Shown: positions 15,540 through 22,469 of the stretch, piece by piece
Position numbering within the stretch: the stretch's first letter is position 1
How the letters are laid out: the number at the start of each line of letters is the position of its first letter
IMG/VR virus record: IMGVR_UViG_3300044268_004572
Coordinates: 1 to 25,522 of that record
Length of the DNA stretch: 25,522 nt
Direction: 5' to 3' (one strand)
Origin: a virus
Taxonomy: Duplodnaviria > Caudoviricetes
The notes under the pieces: model-generated
The model's database searches: none
What the model saw: only the letters and a program-made list of their open reading frames with translations
Told to the model about the DNA's origin: nothing
Program-made: the position numbers and the translations under genes

Positions 15540-16802
15540 TCAATACGAAAACTTTTTCTTGTCATCATGCAGACGCGCTTCCGTGAAGTGCGTGAATCGA
15601 CCGAGTCGCTTGTCGAATTCCAGGCTGGTCATTCCCTGCTCACCGTTGCGGTTTTTCGCAACCTCCAGGTTTGTGAGGTCGTCATCACTGGGAGAAAGGA
15701 GCAACACCACGTCCGCGTCCTGTTCGATACTGCCGGATTCGCGCAGGTCGGAGAGCGCGGGTTTGCGCTTCTGTACTTCAAGAGCGCGGTTGAGTTGGGA
15801 AAGGGCGAGGACCGAGCAGTTAAGAGAAACGGCGAGTTGTTTCAAGGTGCGTGATATTTCGGAAACCTCCTGTGTTCGCGAGTCGTAGCCCTTGGCGGAG
15901 AGAAGTTGCAAATAATCCACCACAACCAAGCCGAGTTCGCCCGCCATGCGTTCTTGTTCGAGAAACCCGCGCAGACTCTCAAGAGTGGCTTCCTGATCGT
16001 CCTTGAACGTGATTGGCCACTTCTTAATCGCTTGAGTGGTTTCGCTCAGTCTTCTTCGGTCGATATGATTGAGTGAGTTCTTCATGGTAGGGCGCGGGAC
16101 TCCGCTCACGTTGGTGAGCAATCTGGCACTGCACTCAACCGCCTGCATTTCAAGTGAGCAATAGCTCGTGCGCCTACCCTGCTTGGCGCATTCATGCGTA
16201 AAGTGAATCGCCAGTGCGGACTTCCCGATTCCTGGTCGCGCGGCGAGTACGTAGAGACATCCCTCGCGGAATCCTCCGTTGAGCAGTCCGTTCAATCCTC
16301 TGAATCCCGTGGATATCGCGGAAACTCCGCCCGCGTCGATTGCAAGATATTCCGCTTCCGCTTCCGTGACCGCCGTCTTCACACTCACCTGTCCCCTTCG
16401 TTTGCCGAGGCTTTGAGAAACGAGACGGGAGAAATTGGAAGCGGCGTCTTCCGCAGTCAGCGCGGGGTCGTTGAGATCGTCCTGTGCGTGGAGGATTGCC
16501 CGATGAATCGCCTTGTGATTCCTCTGCTCGATTACCTGGTCGACGTAGCGGTCTATTCGCCCGCCTCCGTAGTGCTGGGAAACGTGGGTTATTTCATTCG
16601 CGAGTTCGGGATGCTCGATCATCACGTCCACTTCATTGACGTCGGGCGCGTGTTTGGCAATCGAGCGGAATATGGTTTGGCGCTCGGTCGTGGAAAAATC
16701 TTCCTCGATTAAATGTTCAAGCGCCAAGGCGGAGGAGCGACCGCTCTCGTCGCGCATACAGGCGGAGAGAACTGCAATCTCAGCCAGTGAGAAATCAGTC
16801 AC
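15540..16802 (-). CDS. dnaB: DnaB-like replicative DNA helicase
   Basis: AARPGIGKS, SLEM, VVDYLQL, LSQLNR, DLRESGSIEQDAD and KNRNG. Probable GTG 16802 overlaps the upstream stop (the ORF is open from 16823). Confidence 0.95.
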   Translation of the reverse strand: MTDFSLAEIAVLSACMRDESGRSSALALEHLIEEDFSTTERQTIFRSIAKHAPDVNEVDVMIEHPELANEITHVSQHYGGGRIDRYVDQVIEQRNHKAIHRAILHAQDDLNDPALTAEDAASNFSRLVSQSLGKRRGQVSVKTAVTEAEAEYLAIDAGGVSAISTGFRGLNGLLNGGFREGCLYVLAARPGIGKSALAIHFTHECAKQGRRTSYCSLEMQAVECSARLLTNVSGVPRPTMKNSLNHIDRRRLSETTQAIKKWPITFKDDQEATLESLRGFLEQERMAGELGLVVVDYLQLLSAKGYDSRTQEVSEISRTLKQLAVSLNCSVLALSQLNRALEVQKRKPALSDLRESGSIEQDADVVLLLSPSDDDLTNLEVAKNRNGEQGMTSLEFDKRLGRFTHFTEARLHDDKKKFSY

Positions 16803-17272
16803 ACTCGTTTGATACCTTTCCACTCATCCTTGTTCTGCGGTACTCGCTCCTTGAGCCATCCGCGACAGGCGTTTCGAAAGGTGGCGATCCAGTCGGCTTT
16901 TTGATGACCATTGCTTTTCGCCCAGTCAATGAACATATTTACCGCAAGCTTATGGTTCAACTCTTCTTCTGCGGTTATGCTTTCGGGTGGATTGAAATCA
17001 TCGGGGATCGCGGTGACTTTTTTCCTGCGCGGCTTGGAATTGGATTTGCCGCTTTTTGCGGATTCAACGCTATAGTTAATATTAATATTCTTGGAAAGAA
17101 TATCCGCGCGCGTGAGGGATTTTACCAAAAACCTCCCTAAAACATCCCAAATATAGCCGCAAATTGCGGCAGATTGGGTAGTGCCGTAAAGTTTACAATA
17201 CTCTTGTAATATGTCATGATGTAACTTGGGTATGCGTAGTCGCAGTTCGACTTTATCGTCCTGTTTTTTCAT
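16799..17272 (-). CDS. Putative replication initiator/helicase-loading protein
   Basis: RHH-like N-terminus and C-terminal IPDDFNP...W....G..KADW.ATFRN domain, typical of phage initiators. Directly upstream of dnaB. Confidence 0.6.
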   Translation of the reverse strand: MKKQDDKVELRLRIPKLHHDILQEYCKLYGTTQSAAICGYIWDVLGRFLVKSLTRADILSKNININYSVESAKSGKSNSKPRRKKVTAIPDDFNPPESITAEEELNHKLAVNMFIDWAKSNGHQKADWIATFRNACRGWLKERVPQNKDEWKGIKRV

Positions 17273-17990
17273 GGATTTTATTATTCATTGCTGAACCAAT
17301 TGCTAACGCTTGAAAGAAATTGATTGTTTCTTTGGTTGGAGTGACTCCACGAACACGACTCGCTCGATCCCTAACTTTTTGACGAGCAATTACCTTTTTA
17401 AGAATTTGTGCATTTTTCAAACGATTGTAAGTACACGCTTTTCTGTGTTCTATTTTGAGTTTTTCCCTATGAATAGCTTGCTCTATCTTACTGTAATGTT
17501 CTAGCACTTCATGAAATGCTCTTGATACGTAGTTGTTGTATCGTCTTGAGTTTATGGCATTGAAATAAGGCATGCCATTATAGTGCGGCATCGTATAGAA
17601 GTCACCTATTTTGTCTCCATAAACATCGGTCCGAAAAGATTTTTTCACACGATAATATCCTGGTTTTACGATCAACCAATATCCGTTTCCAGTTCCGGCG
17701 TATGGACTAGCAAACGGATCTTCAACTTCTGCATAAATGCATGGAAATGGAAAACGATCTCTAATGTATGACTGCTTTTGATATTTTTCAATCTCTTCTG
17801 TGGTAATATGAACAAGAGGCGCATAACATTCGTCCAACCACTCTAGGTAGTTGCAGTATCTCAATGCCGTCTTTTCTTGGCTTTTAAGGTCTTTATTCTG
17901 CAATCGGTATACAAAACCAAAAAACTTTCTGCGTGTTCTAATGTAATTTCTTTTATCTTTGCATTTACATCTATTGGACTTCGATCTCAT
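17253..17990 (-). CDS. Hypothetical protein (245 aa, basic, Tyr-rich)
   Basis: Long AT-rich ORF coupled (ATGA) to the upstream ORF. Confidence 0.7.
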   Translation of the reverse strand: MRSKSNRCKCKDKRNYIRTRRKFFGFVYRLQNKDLKSQEKTALRYCNYLEWLDECYAPLVHITTEEIEKYQKQSYIRDRFPFPCIYAEVEDPFASPYAGTGNGYWLIVKPGYYRVKKSFRTDVYGDKIGDFYTMPHYNGMPYFNAINSRRYNNYVSRAFHEVLEHYSKIEQAIHREKLKIEHRKACTYNRLKNAQILKKVIARQKVRDRASRVRGVTPTKETINFFQALAIGSAMNNKIHEKTGR

Positions 17991-18562
17991 AGTTGAGTGA
18001 GCAGTTGTTTCATTTCTGCCCTTGTAAGCTCTGTATTTTTGCGAAATATAATCTTACCCTTTTGAAAATAATACGGCAATTCCTGCGGCTTCAAGTCCTC
18101 TTGTAGTTTACTGTTCTCGATGTATGCTTTTTGCTCACGCAAGGTTCGTAAATTACCATCTCCAAACAATTGAAGAGTCTGCTCATTACTTGCGTCCAGC
18201 GCACTTACCTCAAGCACGTCTCCGCCCGATATGAGGAGCTCGAACTTTTCACCTTGAAACACGCGATTCTGCAAACTGTAAGGCAATCGCTTTACAATAT
18301 TCGTTTTTTTCGGGTCCGACATTCCTCCTAAAATAAGCTTTGGATGAACCCACTTTCTGCCGATTGCCTCAAATTGCTTCCAAGCTTTGGGCGGTACAAT
18401 ATCACGAAATTCAAGTTGCATCCTATCCGCGTTGCTTGGGTCCTGATCTATTGCTTTTACGTATATTTCTCCCGCTTTTACGAACCCATTGATGCCGGAT
18501 GTCAGGGCTTCTTTGAATTCAGTCATTAATTCTTCTGTTGTTGGTTGTAATTCTGTAATCAT
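17987..18562 (-). CDS. Hypothetical protein (about 190 aa)
   Basis: Long ORF with uncertain start (18562 or 18580). N-terminal helical segment GFVKAGEIYVKA. Confidence 0.7.
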   Translation of the reverse strand: MITELQPTTEELMTEFKEALTSGINGFVKAGEIYVKAIDQDPSNADRMQLEFRDIVPPKAWKQFEAIGRKWVHPKLILGGMSDPKKTNIVKRLPYSLQNRVFQGEKFELLISGGDVLEVSALDASNEQTLQLFGDGNLRTLREQKAYIENSKLQEDLKPQELPYYFQKGKIIFRKNTELTRAEMKQLLTQL

Positions 18563-18567
18563 TTTTA

Positions 18568-18894
18568 TTATTCTTTCCATGTTTGTTTGTTGAGGAGAGC
18601 CACCAAATCGCTTAAACGACAAGTGAACATACTCTCCGAATTGTTTTTTCTATGAACCACGCAGGGTGGTTTGTCCCCCGCATCACGAATTGATTGGGTG
18701 AATGCTTTGTACAAGTCCAGCCTTTCGACTCTTTTAGCTTCTATGTGAAACGGAAACTCCTCGCTCACCACGTCGGGACTGTCCCCGCCACCCGAAAACT
18801 GTTGCCCCCGCCGAGCGGGGAATCCATTGTCCGATAAATAATTTGCTATTTCTCGTTCGTACCGCTTGCCCTTGTCACGACTCAGTTTCCCCAT
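18568..18894 (-). CDS. Holliday junction resolvase-like PD-(D/E)XK nuclease
   Basis: SRDKGKRYERE, SPDV, HIEAKR, QS.RDA and P.VVHRKN. Confidence 0.85.
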   Translation of the reverse strand: MGKLSRDKGKRYEREIANYLSDNGFPARRGQQFSGGGDSPDVVSEEFPFHIEAKRVERLDLYKAFTQSIRDAGDKPPCVVHRKNNSESMFTCRLSDLVALLNKQTWKE

Positions 18895-19087
18895 TGGAAA
18901 AATCCTCCTCGAAATGAAGGGTGATGTCGGGTTTCGATTGGTTGTTCAAATCCTCGCCCGACAAATACGCCACGAGGTATTCGAGAACGGATTGCTGTAC
19001 GGCGGTTGCGCCCATAAAATCCTCCGAATCCACCAACGCCTTTGCAAATTCCACACCTTGCTTAATATGTTTCAAATCTTTTTTCAT
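18875..19087 (-). CDS. Hypothetical protein (70 aa)
   Basis: ATGA coupling to the upstream nuclease gene. Confidence 0.65.
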   Translation of the reverse strand: MKKDLKHIKQGVEFAKALVDSEDFMGATAVQQSVLEYLVAYLSGEDLNNQSKPDITLHFEEDFSNGETES

Positions 19088-20058
19088 GCCGCCCTTTTCG
19101 ATTTGTTTTCACGAACCAATGCCCGTTGGAATTCCTTGGGTTCCAACATGTTCTTGTTGCCCATCCGTCGAGTCTCCAGTTGGTAGGTATTGACTAGTTT
19201 GTACACGTAGGTACGACTGACGTTGAACATCCTGGCAATGTCCGCAATTGATTTTTGATTGTAGTAATTATTTATGTCAAGCGTCACGACTTGCGGATCA
19301 TATCCGGGCCACACCTTGCTCGATACGCACTTAGACCATAATCTGCACGAACTTGTCATGTCTTCTAAGTATTTTGTGATTTCAGCAATCGGAAGTCGAT
19401 AGGCGGCGGTTGCGTAGGGCGGTCGTTTTTCCACCGCCACGAATATGAATTCATTTACGTCGTATCCCATTCTCCGCAATCCCTCCATGTAAAAACATGC
19501 CTGGAATGCGTAACCGAATTGCCGAACGGATTTCTCAAAACCTTTTTCCGAGGCATCCATCGTGGATTTGAGATCAATCACCACTTCCGCGCCGGGCAAA
19601 AAATAATCGGGTCTTACACGACACTCCGCCCCCGCCATCGAAAAATACCCGGTTCCCTCGATAATGGCATCCATGTCGGACATGTATTCGCTCAGCACGG
19701 GGTTTTCCAATGCGCTTGCCGCCATCTCCATACACGTATTAAAATCCTTTGCATTCAACCAACGTCTTTCGGGGTAGTTGAATTTCATCTCGGACATTTT
19801 TTCCTTATAGTGCTTCGTTGCCGGACTCTTTCCATCTATTTCATTCGGCAGTTCACCGTATTCATACTCCAATTTATCGGGTTCGAGTACCGCCGAATGA
19901 AAGCATCCGCCCATCAGTAGTGCGGGAGTGCTGGGTGGAGGATGATCAATCGAATGCTTCACGTGCATGGGGGTCAATTTCAGCAAATCCCAAGCGCGGG
20001 ATCGTGAAAGCTCGCTACCCAAATGATAGGATTCGCTACTGATGTCAGTTCTAATCAT
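19084..20058 (-). CDS. RecE/exonuclease VIII-like PD-(D/E)XK nuclease (DUF3799-like) with C-terminal HTH
   Basis: YH...LSRS, G..FH.AVLEP, RVRPD, IDLKST, Y..QA.FY, FIFVAVEK.PPY and WPGY. Confidence 0.88.
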   Translation of the reverse strand: MIRTDISSESYHLGSELSRSRAWDLLKLTPMHVKHSIDHPPPSTPALLMGGCFHSAVLEPDKLEYEYGELPNEIDGKSPATKHYKEKMSEMKFNYPERRWLNAKDFNTCMEMAASALENPVLSEYMSDMDAIIEGTGYFSMAGAECRVRPDYFLPGAEVVIDLKSTMDASEKGFEKSVRQFGYAFQACFYMEGLRRMGYDVNEFIFVAVEKRPPYATAAYRLPIAEITKYLEDMTSSCRLWSKCVSSKVWPGYDPQVVTLDINNYYNQKSIADIARMFNVSRTYVYKLVNTYQLETRRMGNKNMLEPKEFQRALVRENKSKRAA

Positions 20059-20591
20059 CAGAATGGTTCCTTCTCGTTTTCCGCAAATGGATCGCCACCC
20101 GTGTAGAGAGCCTTGAGATTCACGCTTGTATTAGTGATTGCTTGGCGCACCTCATCAGACATCTTCTTGTGGGGTTTCGGAACCATAGCGTAAGTGGTGT
20201 CCATGCCTTCGCCGTTCCTCATTATGCTGATGTCGTACTTGCGCGGATCACCCCACTCTTCATCCTCGCAATATGAAGTGAGGTCGTTTTTCAGCTTAAC
20301 CTGCGTAATTTCAAGAACCTGTACCCGCTCTTGAGCATAGTTGTAGACTTTCATGGCAAAGAATTCTTTGGGTTTGTCCGCAAATTTCATTGGTTGTTCG
20401 CTTTCGCATTCCCACCTGACGGGCGTTTTCTTCCCATCTTCTTCGATCCATCCGAGCATGCCCGTGATAAAACCCCCGTCTTCTATTGAACCCAGTATTC
20501 GGAATTTATTTTCACCCTGTACGAGCTTCATATAATTTCCGCTGTTGCCACCATTTGTAGGTGCTCGTTTTATATTATCTAAATAACCCAT
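20058..20591 (-). CDS. Single-stranded DNA-binding protein (phage type)
   Basis: YMKLVQGENKFRILG, YDISI.R.GEG.DT.Y and an acidic tail ending EKEPF. Adjacent to the RecE-like gene. Confidence 0.65.
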   Translation of the reverse strand: MGYLDNIKRAPTNGGNSGNYMKLVQGENKFRILGSIEDGGFITGMLGWIEEDGKKTPVRWECESEQPMKFADKPKEFFAMKVYNYAQERVQVLEITQVKLKNDLTSYCEDEEWGDPRKYDISIMRNGEGMDTTYAMVPKPHKKMSDEVRQAITNTSVNLKALYTGGDPFAENEKEPF

Positions 20592-20650
20592 TTTAATTAA
20601 TTCTATTTATATATTGACATTGTTTGTAGTTTGTAGCATGAAAATTATTC

Positions 20651-20860
20651 ATGACTAGAGAAAATACGACAAAACCCATTTCACTGCGCTTATCACCCAT
20701 CGTTCGCAAGACAGTTAAAAAGATTTCTGATGACAGCGGACTCATTCAAGCTCAGATTTACGATATGATCCTACGAGCGGGTTGCAAAGCGATCGCTGAA
20801 AAGAATTTTCGCTTCCCGTTTCCTCTGAAGTTCGAGGTTTTCGAGGATAAAAAGAAGTAA
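20651..20860 (+). CDS. Ribbon-helix-helix transcriptional regulator (putative repressor)
   Basis: TKPISLRLS beta-strand followed by two helices with a Gly turn. Divergent from the replication operon, with TTGACA at 20614. Confidence 0.65.
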   Translation: MTRENTTKPISLRLSPIVRKTVKKISDDSGLIQAQIYDMILRAGCKAIAEKNFRFPFPLKFEVFEDKKK

Positions 20861-20975
20861 GTTCATCCAACAGTTCATTAAGTTCAACAGTTGTCGGAGA
20901 TTCGGCGAGTAATGTCACTAAGTTGCTTTCGTGTTCGTATTCGATTCTTATTCCTTTCAAGTATGAAGTGATCAT
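20742..20975 (-). CDS. Hypothetical protein (77 aa)
   Basis: ATG ORF downstream of the integrase. Its 3' part overlaps the RHH gene in antisense. Confidence 0.4.
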   Translation of the reverse strand: MITSYLKGIRIEYEHESNLVTLLAESPTTVELNELLDELTSFYPRKPRTSEETGSENSFQRSLCNPLVGSYRKSELE

Positions 20976-21041
20976 GATATGTAGTGTTTTGTAGTTTTAT
21001 TCGTTATTATTCTTTCGTTATTTATTATTTGTTTGTGAATT

Positions 21042-22121
21042 TTACCGACTTGCCTTCACGTCGGGGAAACCTGCGTAAATTTTCGAGGTGATGTCAATTG
21101 ATCTATGACCCAATACTTCCTTCGCAACGTATATGCTGTTGCCATTCAACCGCATGACTCGATCACCCGCCATTTTTCTCAACTTATGCACGGGCCTTTT
21201 ATCATCGACCTTGCATTCCTCTCGTAGAAATTGTGGAAATTCACGGACGACTCGATCCTTTTGACAGGTGATTATCAAATCGTCCTCGCCTGTTTTAAGG
21301 GATTTTATTTCATTCCACCAATAGGGGTCGCACACTCGATTTTGCACGTCGCCCCCGCATTTCGGTTTGCGAATCGTGATGACGTGGCTCGTACCCGTCT
21401 TCCAAAAATCAGAATACCTGGCCCTTAAAATTTCGGATGAGCGCAAACCAAGTCCGTACGCAAGGGCGTACGCTTTATAAATATCAATGTCGGTTTCTTT
21501 CAACGATTCACACTTCAAGATGATGAGTTCCTCTTCCAATTCATTTCGATAAAATGGTTGAATGATGGGCGCTTCCAGGCTCAAGCTGATCCAGTTCGCA
21601 AACCATGAAGTGTCGATTCCCGCCCTTTTGTAAAATTTAATCCATTCTTTTGAGAACAAACTGCGTGCCATGCGCATGCAGTCGGGTCCGTTTTTATGTA
21701 CGAAATCCTCGCAGATCGGAATTCCGTGTTCAGTCTTTTTTGCAAAGTGTCGAATATCCTGTTGCGCCGAGTCGATTTCATAAAATCGCAGGACTCTTTC
21801 CATGCAATTGATGTTTTTAATTTTAGTGGATGGAGATGCCTGTCTGCGTTTGGCTAATGTGTTTGATGAATAGACGTCATAAAAATGTTTTATCAAGGGG
21901 CACTTTAGACTTATCCGACGATTGATCTCATCGGCAACAGCAAGTTTTGTTTTGCGCTTCGCTTCGGTAAGATCGCTTGTATCCAAGCTTTTACGGATTC
22001 TGTCGCCCTCGTAATAGAATTCTGCGTACAGTTTTCCATTGCGCTCGAGCAGACGGGTTTGGGGTATTTTTGATTTCCCTATGAAGTTGCTCGAAATATG
22101 TAAAGCTTTTTCTTGTATCAT
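21042..22121 (-). CDS. int: Tyrosine integrase
   Basis: GLRSSEI (R), PK (K), HKLRK (HxxR), LGH and IY (catalytic Tyr), plus an N-terminal arm-binding RIRKSLDT. Probable start ATG 22121 (the frame is open from 22262). Confidence 0.92.
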   Translation of the reverse strand: MIQEKALHISSNFIGKSKIPQTRLLERNGKLYAEFYYEGDRIRKSLDTSDLTEAKRKTKLAVADEINRRISLKCPLIKHFYDVYSSNTLAKRRQASPSTKIKNINCMERVLRFYEIDSAQQDIRHFAKKTEHGIPICEDFVHKNGPDCMRMARSLFSKEWIKFYKRAGIDTSWFANWISLSLEAPIIQPFYRNELEEELIILKCESLKETDIDIYKAYALAYGLGLRSSEILRARYSDFWKTGTSHVITIRKPKCGGDVQNRVCDPYWWNEIKSLKTGEDDLIITCQKDRVVREFPQFLREECKVDDKRPVHKLRKMAGDRVMRLNGNSIYVAKEVLGHRSIDITSKIYAGFPDVKASR

Positions 22122-22175
22122 GACTAATTTCTTTGTTTTTTTTACGAAATCGTCGCAGATACCCTGCATTTCACA

Positions 22176-22225
22176 TGGTACCGGCGGAGGGATTCGAACC
22201 CACGACCAAAAGATTAAGAGTCTCC
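22176..22225 (-). other. attP core: 3' part of tRNA-Lys(CTT)
   Basis: Minus strand reads GGAGA-CTCTTAA-TCTTT-TGGTC-GTGGG-TTCGAAT-CCCTC-CGCCGGT-A-CCA: anticodon arm, T arm, 3' acceptor strand and CCA. No D arm or 5' acceptor strand upstream. Adjacent to the integrase. Confidence 0.85.
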
Positions 22226-22406
22226 CCGAGCGACTTTTTTGCACGAAGAATCTCAAGGCCACGACCTGTTTTAATTTTGTTTAATTTTTTAAGAACGATA
22301 AGACTCGTAAGCATTGTATGTAAGCAAGTGCATACGTTGTCTTGAAATAATCTTTATTTAATGCCCAAAACGATTGCAAGTTTTTTTAAAAAAAAGTTTA
22401 AGTCAC

Positions 22407-22433
22407 AAAAAAAAGCGGGTGTCCCCACCCGCT
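22407..22433 (-). terminator. Rho-independent terminator
   Basis: Stem AGCGGGTG/CACCCGCT with a 4-nt loop and a T-run on the minus strand, downstream of the 883-aa gene. Confidence 0.85.
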
Positions 22434-22469
22434 AAAAACCAAAAAGTTTTAAATACTATGTGTCTATGT

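Noticed and set aside
22176-22262. Complete functional tRNA gene
   Set aside because: There is no D arm or 5' acceptor strand. Only the 3' portion is present, which fits an att core.
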